IMG/VR virus record: IMGVR_UViG_2651870089_000025
Location: 1-64,000 of that record
Length of the DNA: 64,000 bases
Direction: 5' to 3' (one strand)
Source: a virus
Lineage: Duplodnaviria; Caudoviricetes
Part shown: in pieces, positions 26,031-37,900 of the stretch
Numbering within the stretch: the first letter of the stretch is position 1
Layout of the letters: every line of letters starts with the position of its first letter
Translations under genes and position numbers: made by a program
Notes under the pieces: model-generated
Seen by the model: the letters and a program-made list of their open reading frames with translations, nothing else
Told to the model about the DNA's origin: nothing
The model's database searches: none

Positions 26031-28712
26031 ATGGCAATACCGACAACTGAAGCAAATGCTAACCCAACTAACATAACTGATATAGTAAAACAATATGTTC
26101 AGCAAAATAAAGCAGAACTAAACGCCGGCCAAAACGACGCTCCTCTCGGCGGTGCAGTAGTTGGCGAAATTCCCGCAGGCACACTAGTAAGAGATATAAA
26201 TGTTGCCGCACAACGTGAAAGAAGTGTTGACTTAGATGCATTTGGCGGAGCAGGGACATCGTCCGCCGCTAAGGCGGCCGCTGAAGCAGCTAGTGAGACA
26301 GACAGTCGTCAGGTAACTGTTTCGCCACAGACGTCTCCAGACGCGTTTAGGACGGCAGAAGCATCAAACTTTGGCGCCCAGCCGTCTCCTGTACGTACAG
26401 GAGAAGCCGAATCAGTCGAAGAAGGGCGAAGTAAATTTGCTCCAAGCAGTTTTCCAAATGAGTTATATTACACAGCTGACGCAGACTATGAATTAACGGC
26501 TTATCAACTCACGCTTTTTATGATACCCGAAGCGGCAAATTTTGGTGTTCCAGTTGATGAAATAACAAAAAGATACAAAAACCCAAAAGCGTTAGGGGAT
26601 GCAATTATTTTAGCACAAACTTCGGTTACAGATAGTTTTATAATTGAAAGTTTAAGTTTCGAATCAGTTTGTGGCGGCGGCGGCATACCTGGAACAACAT
26701 TTGAGTTTTCGATAAGAAGCCCATATCGTGCAGATTTTTTAGATTATATGTTTAGGGCAGGGAAAAAACTTGGACATTCAAATACTAACGATCTTCCAGT
26801 TTACTTGCTTATAAATTGGAATGCAAGAGATAAAGAAACAGGAAAGCCAGTAGAATTAAAAACACGCAGATGTATGGCACTTCGAATAGCAACAGGAGGT
26901 TTATCGTTTGATGAAAGCGGCGGCACGTATGACTTTACTGCGGTTCGTGCCGGCGATACCTCCGTAAATCAAAATCATGCATTACTACAAGAGGATATTA
27001 CCTTTGAGGCATTTGATGTTAAAGAGGCGCTTGTGGCTTTAAGTTATGAAACTTCTCGCAGATACATTAAAGTAGGAGACACAACACGCAAGTCAGATGA
27101 TTATTTATTTTCGGTAGATCCTGTTTATCTTCCGTTAACGTTAGTTGACGCTAAACAAGACCTGTATAATAATCAGTCTGCCCATTTCCAAAATTTAGAA
27201 AACCAAACAACAACTTCTGTGCCAGATCCTGTTGGTCCCGGGCTTGTACCAGGACCGCATAGAGAAAGCGAAACAATTTCTGATTCGAGTGCTCGAGGTC
27301 AAAAACCAGGCTTAGTTGGCCAACCCAAAGGTCCGCATGCGTCGGTACCTTATTTCAATGATACTCGTTTTAGGAAACCATTTACTTTTGCAAAAGGAAC
27401 ACCAATACCTAAAATCATTGAAAGTATTTTGTACTCTACATTATTAGTACAAAAAGAAGCAACCGGTCACCCTGATCCAAGAGCCGAAGATGCACCAGCC
27501 GGATATGCCAAAGCCATTGACGCAGGAAACATTGAACGTTTTATACCTAAAATTATACCAGAAGTTATATATCATGGATATGACGACAACAGACGACAGT
27601 ATTACCGATCGGTAATGTATAAAGTATATCGTCATCAGGACCCGCAGTTAGCAGTAGACGAAAATAGTACTTTTGGAGACTTAGCTGTATCAAGAGCAAG
27701 ACATGACGCACTTAAAGGATCTCCCCATCTTTTGGCCAAATATTACGAATTTTATTATACTGGAAGAAATACCGAAGTTAAAAATGTAGATTTCAAATTC
27801 GATAATCATTATATCATTGCAAAGCAAATTAACTCAGGACTGAAAGGAAAATGGCAACACGGTATACTAGCAAATATCTATACGCACAAAGGAACAACAG
27901 GTGTTGAGTACAACCTTGCTCGTGACAAATATGTTCCAGAAAAAATTGCTGAACTTGCCGTTGAGGTGAACGACTTACGGGAAACTATTGCACAGGCAGA
28001 ATATGCAGATGATAAAAAAGTAGCAGCCAGCAGAATAAGTGCAAAAGAAGCCCAAATTGAAAAGTACCGAGCGAGCCAGCAGGTACTGACACAATCACTT
28101 GCGTCTGTATATGCACTCACTACAGACGTAAGCTCACGACTTATTGCAACACAAGGATCACAAGTAACAACTCGCCAAGTTGATAATCAATATGCTGAAG
28201 ATTTGGAAGTAGCCGGCTCGGTGGTACCTCCAATGTTTCAGCCTCCCTTTACTGACGTAGAAATACCAGATAATTACCCTCGAGGTACAAATGAGGACTT
28301 TGATCGCGGAGTAAATCTATTAGCACAAGTTGTACAACAACGCCTAGGTGGCGACATGGTTAAAGTAGAATTAGAAATTCGCGGGGATCCGTATTGGATC
28401 CCTTCAACTGACGATGGGGATATTACAATTAAACCTGCAGTAGGACAACCGTATTTTGTGTTGGATGCAAAGCAAGGAAAGGATATAAAAGCCACCGGAC
28501 TTATGGCAATTGATCAAAGAAATGCTTTAACTGCTGTGTATAACGTGTATACAGCAAAGCATACATTTGCTAACGGAGAGTATACAACAACACTCACGGG
28601 GATTCGGGATCATACAATTGATCTTGCTAACGTTATTGAACGACCAAATTTAAATGATGTTGCTATAGCTGCGGAGAATGTTAGAGCGGCAGAGGCAAGA
28701 TCTTTCTATTAA
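26031..28712 (+). CDS. Baseplate hub-like protein (gp27-like position)
   Basis: C-terminal LEIRGDPYWI...VYNV....HTFANG.YTTTL; lies between gp53 and gp5. Confidence 0.6.
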   Translation: MAIPTTEANANPTNITDIVKQYVQQNKAELNAGQNDAPLGGAVVGEIPAGTLVRDINVAAQRERSVDLDAFGGAGTSSAAKAAAEAASETDSRQVTVSPQTSPDAFRTAEASNFGAQPSPVRTGEAESVEEGRSKFAPSSFPNELYYTADADYELTAYQLTLFMIPEAANFGVPVDEITKRYKNPKALGDAIILAQTSVTDSFIIESLSFESVCGGGGIPGTTFEFSIRSPYRADFLDYMFRAGKKLGHSNTNDLPVYLLINWNARDKETGKPVELKTRRCMALRIATGGLSFDESGGTYDFTAVRAGDTSVNQNHALLQEDITFEAFDVKEALVALSYETSRRYIKVGDTTRKSDDYLFSVDPVYLPLTLVDAKQDLYNNQSAHFQNLENQTTTSVPDPVGPGLVPGPHRESETISDSSARGQKPGLVGQPKGPHASVPYFNDTRFRKPFTFAKGTPIPKIIESILYSTLLVQKEATGHPDPRAEDAPAGYAKAIDAGNIERFIPKIIPEVIYHGYDDNRRQYYRSVMYKVYRHQDPQLAVDENSTFGDLAVSRARHDALKGSPHLLAKYYEFYYTGRNTEVKNVDFKFDNHYIIAKQINSGLKGKWQHGILANIYTHKGTTGVEYNLARDKYVPEKIAELAVEVNDLRETIAQAEYADDKKVAASRISAKEAQIEKYRASQQVLTQSLASVYALTTDVSSRLIATQGSQVTTRQVDNQYAEDLEVAGSVVPPMFQPPFTDVEIPDNYPRGTNEDFDRGVNLLAQVVQQRLGGDMVKVELEIRGDPYWIPSTDDGDITIKPAVGQPYFVLDAKQGKDIKATGLMAIDQRNALTAVYNVYTAKHTFANGEYTTTLTGIRDHTIDLANVIERPNLNDVAIAAENVRAAEARSFY

Positions 28713-28758
28713 ATTATTGTGATATTAATAATAAGTAAGTAGGACATTATATTTTGAT

Positions 28759-31548
28759 ATGAGTTTTTATAAGATAAGAAAACAAGATACTCCGTCACTG
28801 GATCGTGCAAAATCTGCGCCTGGGTATTTCTATGGAGATACAGCCGACGCGCCGAGATATTACGGCGTTTATCTTGGCATTGTGAAAAGCACCCAAGATG
28901 TGCAACACATGGGACGTTTACAAGTTTTTATGCCAGACTTTGGCGGCGACGAAGATAATAAAAATGTTTGGCGTACAGTGAGTTATTGTGCGCCATTTGG
29001 TGGTTCATCTCCTGCAACTGAAAAACATTGGGAAAAAGGTAAAACAGAATACGACTATACACCAACAAGTTATGGGTTTTGGGCCGTTCCGCCCGATGTT
29101 GGAAACAAAGTTCTTATAATGTTTATTAATGGAGATGAATCCAGAGGTATCTGGATTGGCGTTCTGTACGATAATTTTATGAATTTTAATGTGCCCGGAC
29201 TTGCAGCTTACGACAAGCACAATAGTCCGGATCAAGTACATGTATGGCAAAATGTAACCGAGTATAACAAGTTTGATAAGGGTAACATTGATCCGCACGT
29301 TCCCCCTTTGCGCCCATGGCATAAAAGACAATACGAAAGAATGAGTCAAACTGCATTGCATGAAGATCCGTATAGAGGGTGGACTACAAGTTCTGCAAGA
29401 CGAGAAGCACCAAGTAATGTTTACGGAATGAGTACCCCCGGCCCTATAGATCCGTTGGCTGCAAACGTAGGACAAACATTTAAACGATCCGGCGGCCATA
29501 CGTTTGTTATGGACGACGGAGACATGGAAGGCAATAACAGACTTATACGTTTGCGAGCACGTGGTGGCGCCCAGATAGTAATTCATGACACGTTAGGATT
29601 TGTGTATATGAACAATAAAATGGGTACTGCTTGGCTTGAACTTGACAAAGACGGCAACGTGGAAATATTCAGCAATAACTCGATAAGCCTTCGCTCAAAT
29701 GAAGATATTAATTTACGATCGGATCGAGATTTTAATTTAGATATTGGTAGAGATATGAATATATACATGCCAAATGATTATGTACCAAATTTAGAGAAAG
29801 AAGAACAAATAGATTTAGATAAAGATTTTAAGTATGTAAAAGTTGCTGGATTAAAGTCACCAGTGCCTGATGGTTCAATTGTGTTGCATGTAAAGGAAGG
29901 AGAAGTGCATACATTTATTGAGACAGGCGATGCATATCATACAATGGGAGCAGGCGATTTCAACCATTTGTTACAAAATGGAAGTTACTATCGAACTATT
30001 GAGAGCGGCGTTTTTGAAGGCATCACACAAAGTCATCATTTTCAAAAAGTTAACGACGGTTATTTAATGCACTCAACTTCGTTGGCAACAATAATTTCTG
30101 ACAGTATATTGTCTACAGAAGGTAAAGTAGGTGCACAACATGCTTCGGGAGGCGAAATGCATATTCAAGCAGCCGCGTCTATTTACGAAGGAGCCGGTAT
30201 AGATATACATTTAACAGCATCTGCTCTTATTGCCGGCGACGCAGGATTTATCGCGTGGAACAATGGGGTTGCAGTACCGCCGACTGTAAACATTAATACT
30301 AGTAATGTATTTGCCGCTCCTCCTGCTGAATTGCCTTTATTGCAACCATTTGAAGATATGGTAGCATACGATCCAATGGCAGGCCCTGAAACAATGACAG
30401 TTGAACGCCGTTTAACAAGATATCCAACTATGGAACCGTATGGCGGCCTAAGAGGAAAGCCAGGAATGGGAACACTTTATCATATTGATGAAAAGATAAC
30501 AGGGTTTTTCCCCGGTGTTGAAGTTCAGGAGATACCAGACGAAGAGCCTCCTGTTATAGAAAACGAGCCCTTGCTCATAGGTAGATCAGTTCCAGTTGAC
30601 AGTTCAACTAGGAGGATTGATCCTATTGCACCAAACCCACATTTGGGAGAAAATATATTACCTGATCCTGTTTATGGAACACCTACACCAAATTTGCAAG
30701 AAGGACAATATGCAGGCATTGGATATGATGCATTTGGCAATCCGTTGTACGTACGAGTAGAAGATGTGAATCCGTCTGTGCCGGCTACTATTGCAGAAAT
30801 TTCTGGCAAGGGTATGGATATTATAAAAAGGTTTACAGGATTTGCACCTACGATAGAAGTGAATGACTTTGGCATAGAATATATTGGTTATGCACATAAA
30901 ATTGATAAAACTCCAGTACAGCAATCTCTCCCAGTTAATATAACAGCACAAGCAAGCAAAATACAATTACGATCTGTAAGCGGTTTGCCACCGTTTGGGT
31001 ACGGTAACATCGGATCAGAAACAATAGCGTGGTCCGGCTTATCTGAGAAGAACGAGTTAACAGGCGTGTTGCGTGGATTAGGAAAAACCCGTGCACAAGA
31101 ACACAAATCTGGTGCTGTGTTTAAATTTGCCGGCGAAGATTATTCTCGTGGCATAACAAGAACACAGGCTAATGTATTGCTTAGTGTTGAAGTTGAAAAA
31201 GCAATTAAAGCCGTTAATCGTTATGTAAAGAAAAACATTAATCAGAATCAAGCAGATGCGCTAGTTAGTCTAGCACATAGCCTCGGTAGTCAAATGTTTG
31301 CAACATCAACAGTTGTTACTGCAATAAACACAGGATATTTTGCAAAAGCAACAACAGAGTTTATGAGATATAACCATGTAAGGAAGGATGTTGTATCTTA
31401 TAAAGCAGGTTCTCTTGTAAAAACATCAGAAATCGTCGAAGATAGTAGTTTAACTAGTCGCCGCACAGCCGAAGCAAAGTTATTTGCTACCCCACCAACT
31501 GTAGGGTATAGAAATGCAGTTGCAAAAGTCATTCAAGAACGTTCTTAA
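28759..31548 (+). CDS. gp5: Baseplate central spike (gp5-like) with a C-terminal lysozyme-like domain
   Basis: OB-fold motifs (GIVK...D....GRLQV..P; PPDVGNKVL), GHTFVMDD, beta-helix-like repeats, and a GH24-like tail (IGYAH, NQNQADALVS, L..RR.AE..LF). Confidence 0.88.
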   Translation: MSFYKIRKQDTPSLDRAKSAPGYFYGDTADAPRYYGVYLGIVKSTQDVQHMGRLQVFMPDFGGDEDNKNVWRTVSYCAPFGGSSPATEKHWEKGKTEYDYTPTSYGFWAVPPDVGNKVLIMFINGDESRGIWIGVLYDNFMNFNVPGLAAYDKHNSPDQVHVWQNVTEYNKFDKGNIDPHVPPLRPWHKRQYERMSQTALHEDPYRGWTTSSARREAPSNVYGMSTPGPIDPLAANVGQTFKRSGGHTFVMDDGDMEGNNRLIRLRARGGAQIVIHDTLGFVYMNNKMGTAWLELDKDGNVEIFSNNSISLRSNEDINLRSDRDFNLDIGRDMNIYMPNDYVPNLEKEEQIDLDKDFKYVKVAGLKSPVPDGSIVLHVKEGEVHTFIETGDAYHTMGAGDFNHLLQNGSYYRTIESGVFEGITQSHHFQKVNDGYLMHSTSLATIISDSILSTEGKVGAQHASGGEMHIQAAASIYEGAGIDIHLTASALIAGDAGFIAWNNGVAVPPTVNINTSNVFAAPPAELPLLQPFEDMVAYDPMAGPETMTVERRLTRYPTMEPYGGLRGKPGMGTLYHIDEKITGFFPGVEVQEIPDEEPPVIENEPLLIGRSVPVDSSTRRIDPIAPNPHLGENILPDPVYGTPTPNLQEGQYAGIGYDAFGNPLYVRVEDVNPSVPATIAEISGKGMDIIKRFTGFAPTIEVNDFGIEYIGYAHKIDKTPVQQSLPVNITAQASKIQLRSVSGLPPFGYGNIGSETIAWSGLSEKNELTGVLRGLGKTRAQEHKSGAVFKFAGEDYSRGITRTQANVLLSVEVEKAIKAVNRYVKKNINQNQADALVSLAHSLGSQMFATSTVVTAINTGYFAKATTEFMRYNHVRKDVVSYKAGSLVKTSEIVEDSSLTSRRTAEAKLFATPPTVGYRNAVAKVIQERS

Positions 31549-31583
31549 TACCGGTTGACTTATAACCCATTATAATGTTTTCA

Positions 31584-31591
31584 GATAAATA
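31584..31591 (+). promoter_or_regulatory. Late promoter GATAAATA
   Basis: Exact motif upstream of gp25. Confidence 0.65.
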
Positions 31592-31610
31592 ATTAAAACG
31601 GTATATAAGA

Positions 31611-31985
31611 ATGGCAAATAAACCAAACTTTATTGGACTTAGTACAATTAATAAACAAAAACCACCGTATACTTTGGTTGATTTTGATTTAGTTAAACGT
31701 GACTTATTAAATCATTTTAACACAAGAAAAGGTGAGCGTGTAATGCTTCCTGAGTACGGAACTATAATTTATGATTTATTAATGGATCCGCTAGACACAG
31801 CAACTAAATCGTTAATATTGGAAGATGCTACTAGGGTTATTGAAGAAGAACCTAGAGTGACATTAGATAGTATTGAGTTAACCGACTTAGAAAGCGCAGT
31901 ATTAGTAGAAGCACAAGTAACATATTTGCCTTCTGGAATTACAGAAGAACTTGCTATACAGTTTGATATTGATGCACAGGAATAA
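31611..31985 (+). CDS. gp25: Baseplate wedge subunit (gp25 family)
   Basis: Motifs TRKGERVMLPEYG..I..LL.DP and EEPRV. Confidence 0.93.
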   Translation: MANKPNFIGLSTINKQKPPYTLVDFDLVKRDLLNHFNTRKGERVMLPEYGTIIYDLLMDPLDTATKSLILEDATRVIEEEPRVTLDSIELTDLESAVLVEAQVTYLPSGITEELAIQFDIDAQE

Positions 31986-31990
31986 AATAA

Positions 31991-34900
31991 ATGGCACAAG
32001 CACAACGACAAAGTAATTTATTTGCTGCCGAAGATTGGAGAACGATCTATAGAACGTTCAGCGAAATTAATTTTACCGCATATGATTTTGACACTATTAA
32101 AAGTGCAATGGTGGAATATATGCAAAATAATTTCCCTGAAGATTTTAATGATTATATTGAAAGCAGTGAGTTTATCGCCATTGTTGAATTACTTGCATAT
32201 ATGGGACAAACAATTGCATTTAGACAAGATTTAAATGTAAGAGAAAACTTTTTAGACACCGCAGAACGTAAAGAGAGCGTATTACGTTTGGCGGAAATGT
32301 TAAATTATAAACCAAAGAGAAACATACCAAGCACTGGCTTAATTAAAGTATATGCTTTAAGAACAACAGAGTCTGTGTTAGATAGCACAGGGCAAGAGTT
32401 AGCCAATCGCAATATTATATGGAACGATGCTAACAATACTGAATATTTAGAACAGTTTATTTTAATTTTAAATAGAGCATTACTTTCACGTAATCCGTAC
32501 GGTACTCCTGTTAAAAAAGGTACATTAAATGGTATTATAACAGAACTGTATCAGTTAAATTCACGTCCTAATACCAACGTTGTGTACAATGTATCTTCTA
32601 CAGTGAATAGTGTCTCTGCACCTTTTGAAGTAGTTAATGCAACGTTCGAAGATGAGCAATACGTAACAGAAATTGAGCCAAACCCAACAAGCAGCTTTGG
32701 TTTGCTTTATCTAAATGACGGATTAGGCAATAGCAGTGAATCTACCGGATTTTTTACTTATATAAAACAAGGATCGTTAGAATTTAAAGATTTTAATATT
32801 GCTGTTCCTCTTGCAAATAGAGCTATTAATGTTCCAGTTACGAATATCAATGAATTTGATGTTTGGGTACAAACAATTGATTCTACCGGTGAAGTATTAG
32901 CATCTTGGACAAAAGTACCTTCTGTATCTGGAACAAATGTAATTTATAATAGCGTAATACAAGGTACAAGAAATATTTTTTCCGTTGAGACACAAGCAGA
33001 TGACACAATTAATATTAGATTTGCTGATGGCAACTTTGGTGATATACCTTATGGTATTATTCGTGTATGGTATAGAACAAGTTTAAACCAGCAAATAACA
33101 GTAAGGCCGGAAGATGTACAAGTACAGTCTATACGTATACCGTATACTGATACTGAAGGATTACCGCAAACATTAACTGTTACTTTAGAATTACTTACAT
33201 CTATGGCTAATAGTTTGCCAGCAGAAACAGTAACCGAGATCAAAACTAACGCGGCACAAACATATTATACCCAGGATAGAATGATTACCGGCGAGGATTA
33301 CAACATCTATCCAATTTTTAAGAATCCAAATATTCTTAAACTTAAATCTGTTAACAGAACGCACTCCGGCCACAATCGAGGCGTTGATATAAATGACCCC
33401 ACCGGGACCATACAAAATTTAAATGTGTTTGCAGAGGACGGCATGCTTTATCGAGATTTACAAGATACGCAAGTAACTTTTAATTTAACAGCATCAATGA
33501 CTGCCAATACAATAATACAGCGTTATATACAGACACAATTAAGTGTTGATGAATTAACAAATTTTTATTATGATACGTATAGAAAAGAAGTACAAAGATT
33601 AGAAGGTGCTATAGCATGGAAATTAACGAACACGGAACAATTACAATGGGTTTGTTTGCCTAACTCTAAAGAATCAAACACTGGCTATTTTGTAGAAAAA
33701 GATAAAAGTTTTCTTACTACTAATTCGGTAACGATTGGCTCGTCTTTATCAACAGGTAAACGCCGATATCTTACTGAACAGTCTTTAATAGAATTTACAA
33801 ATCAAGCAGGTAATGATATCCAATATGCTACAATAGAAAATATTATAAGCAACGGCGATCCTGCAGGACTTACAACAGGTCCTGTTGAACTAAACAAAGA
33901 GATACCACAAGGATTTATACTAACAAGATTCTTTCCAACATTGCGTAGGCTTTTTAATCAAACAGAAAAAGTTGCTATTACTGCACAACTTGACTTAAAA
34001 AATACTTTTGGTATTGGTTATGATTACACAACTCTCGAATACTATGTTATTGCACCAAATAATTTAGATAATGTTACTTTAACATACAATAGAACTTTTG
34101 CTAGAGATGTTACTGGAGACAATAAAGATGCTAGTTGGATTATTAAAGTAGAATATTTTCCTGCAACCTCATCAACTTCTGCAAGTTATACTATAACAAC
34201 ACGGGGGTTGAGATACATTTTTGAAAGTGAGCAAGATGTACGATTCTATTTTAATAATGAATATAAAACAATTGACATTAATACTGGTTTTGCAAAGAAA
34301 GATTTATTATCCTTATTAAAAGTTAATGTTGACCGCCGCGCCCAAATAGAAAGTGTAACAATTACAAATCCAGGTTCGGGATATAGCTTTGCCCCTAGTG
34401 TGACATTTAGTGCAGCCGGCGAAGTAGATGAAGCGCAGGCTACTGCATATCTATCTTGGAACACAGTAACAGGTGGTATAGGCGGCAGTGGATATTTGCC
34501 AACTGATACATCGTTGACTTATTTAGATAGTACAGTAGTGGATGGCAACGGTAACCAAACAGAAATATCTATCAACAACGAGGGAGTTCTTGCGCCATGG
34601 GGTAGAAGTTTACAACTTAAAGCAAATCTTTCTAGTAACGCATCTGCTACAATATTAATGGCAAACGATGCAGTTGGTAGTATTACATTAACTAACGGTG
34701 GAGCAAATTATACCTCTCCGCCAACCGTGACTATTTCTGCACCAGCCGGCGTTGGAGGAGTACAAGCAACTGCTAGTGCTATTATCGCGCAGGAATTAAC
34801 AGGCTGGAATTTCACCGCAACAAATTATCAGGGCGGCGGTTATCAAAATGTACCAAATGTTTATATCGATCCACCCGGCTATACAGGTAGCACATGGACC

Positions 34901-37900
34901 GTTAATCATAATTTGAATCAGAAATATGTTAATTTCGAGATAGTAGATGAAAATCATCGAGTAATCAATACAGTATATAATCCCCCAACAGTGACGTTTG
35001 TTGATGCAAACACGTTAACTGTAAACTGGGGAGGTGTTGTTACACCAGGTTATATAAACATTATTAAATCACGATATGGCTTTGGCACGCTGATTCCTTC
35101 TTCTAATATTTGGGAAATAACGCATAACTTAACAGGTACAGACGGTATTGTTAATATAGATATTATTAATGCATTCGATGACGAGTCAATGCAGGCTAAA
35201 ACAGAATTTCCGTTAATTGAATATACAACAGAATCAACATGTCGTGTGATTTTCCCTTCGGGTGTAGCATTAAGTGGTTATGTAGTTGCACATAACAGCG
35301 CCGGCAATGCAGGTGCAACAGGATCAGGTTATGTACATGAACAACTTTCTCCTGCAACTACATGGACTATTTCACACAACCTTGGCATGAAGCATTGTAG
35401 TGTTGATATTGCTGTTTTAGGTACACACGTCGATGGCGCGGACTTTAGCGAATCGATTGATCCTACTTTGTATTATAACATTCGAGGATCATACAGTTAT
35501 CCAACAATAACATTTGTTGATGAGAACACATTAACAGTTACTTTTGCCACAGCAACACCAGGAAAGGCAGTTATTACTTACGGTGACTACCATGGTAGTC
35601 AACAGCAGTCAGTTGGTATTGCACATATGGAAGTAGGCGACGATGCAACAAATCCATCAGGGTGTCCTCCTGTTACAATTAATAGTGGCGGCTCGGGATT
35701 TGTTGCCGGTGATGTGGGAAAAATTTACACAGTAGTCGGCGGTACAGGAACGTCTGCAACGGTTACTATTGCTACTGTTGATACTGTTGGAGGTACATGT
35801 ACTGGTGTTACTTTAACCGACCGCGGAGATTATACTGCACTACCAACTGTTATTGGTTGTGCTACTAGCGGCGAAGCCGGTAGTGTTGGCGTTGGTTTAA
35901 CGCTCGATCTTAACTTTAGAGTTAAAACCGTAGAACTTACTGTCTCCGGAGATGGTTATCAATCAACACCAAACGTTATTATAGATCCGCCTATAGGTAC
36001 TTGCGGTACCGGAACACAAGCAGAAGGTGAACCAACACTTGACGGTGAAGTTGCAAGTATTAACGTAGACGATCCTGGTTCGGGGTATACCGGAGCTCCG
36101 GTTATTACTATATCAGGCGGAGGCGGTGTTGGAGCAACTGCCACAGCAACACTCTCAAATAGTGTTGTTGGTGCTACTATACTGAGCTCCGGCTCGGGCT
36201 ACAGGCCGACTGGCGAAATTTTAACGGTAGGTACTTTTGGAGCAGCAGATGCATCAAGAGCATCGGGTATTTACGGTGGAGTATCTGGTACATCAACTGG
36301 CGCTGGATTAAACGCATTATTTACTATAACAGTAGATGCTTCTGGTGCAGTAACAGCCGTTACTATACCATCTGGCGGATTTGGCTATGAGGTTGGTGAC
36401 ATAATTACAATTAGCGACGCAGTATTAGGCGCTGGCGGCGCCCCTGATTTTACAATGCTAGTAGCATCGGTGTATGAGTTGTCTGTTACTTTCCCTGCTC
36501 CGTCTAGTCCCGGTGCTATAACCCCTGTAACGGCAACAGGTACTGCTGTTGTTAATGCATCGGGCAACGTAACTGGAATTTCAATTACACAAGGTGGCAC
36601 AGGTTACAGTTCCCCGGCAGATGATAGTCAAGCGATTACTATACCGCCTAGTGGTGTTATCGAATCTATCGAAATTACTGATACAGGATATGGTTATACT
36701 TCACCACCGTTTATAACATACCCAACTACAGCAGGAGGAACTGGCGCATCACAAGCAGGCGTGTTTGGATTTGTAAGTAGAGTGCAAATGAATGATTTTG
36801 GAAGTGGGTACACTATAAACGATGCAGTAACATTTACTACACCGCCTGCACCGGGAACACAAGCACAAGGTACATTATTGGTACAAACAACAAAGCCTTA
36901 TACAGATAATATTAACTTTAATATGTCTAGTTTGTTAACTTACGAAGATGGCTATCGAGATCCTAAGAAGGTACTAGTCACATTTGCAGATAGCGACAAC
37001 GATTTAATACCAGATGATCCACTAAGTTTTGATAAGTTTGTTACTGGAAACAAGCACATTTTCCAGGAAACATATGTTGATTTTGATGGATATGTATATT
37101 ATAGATTAACAAGAAATGTTTTAGAAGCAGCCAGCCAAGCAGATGAAGATTTAATATTAGCAGATGGCGCAACGTTTGCCGGAAAATACATTTATAGAAC
37201 AGATACAACGCAGTTTAAAAAAATTAGCGTATCTGCGCCATATACTGCTACAGTTTTAGTAAATGATACCGATGGAACAACCAAGTTTAAAGCATATATT
37301 GGACGTAGTACGCATATTACGCCAACAGTTACTTCAACTGAGGTTATTGAACATCAACCCGATGACGTATTCTTCCAGTGGAAGCATTATGCACCAGTTG
37401 ATCAACGTGTAGATCCGAGTGCAACAAATCTTGTCGATTTGTTTGTACTAACTAGAACATATTATACGGAAGTATTGTCATGGAAAGCAAATAATAGATC
37501 CGTAGATGTTTTCCCTGCGCCTCCTACTACTGCTGAACTGGGAGTTTCAATGGACTTGCTAAGTACTTACAAGAGTATCAGTGATGAGATTGTTTATAAG
37601 CCAGTTAAGTTTAAGCTATTATTTGGTTCAGCAGCTGGTACAGAACTGCAAGCAAAATTTAAGGTTATTAAAGTAGTTGGTAGTACAATGAGTGACAACG
37701 AATTGCAAAGTAGTGTAATTGAAAAAGTGAACGAGTTCTTTGATATCACAAATTGGGATTTAGGCGAAAGTTTTTATTATACTGAATTATCAGCATATAT
37801 TCATCAAAACTTACCGTCACATTTAAGTAGTATAGTAATTGTACCAAAGCAAGCAGAAAGTAACTTTGGTAACTTGTTCCAGGTAAAAGCAGAACCTGAT

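Noticed and set aside
29005-29586. 193-aa minus-strand ORF, and other short antisense ORFs across 25000-63200
   Set aside because: They lie opposite well-supported + strand genes and have no recognisable motifs.
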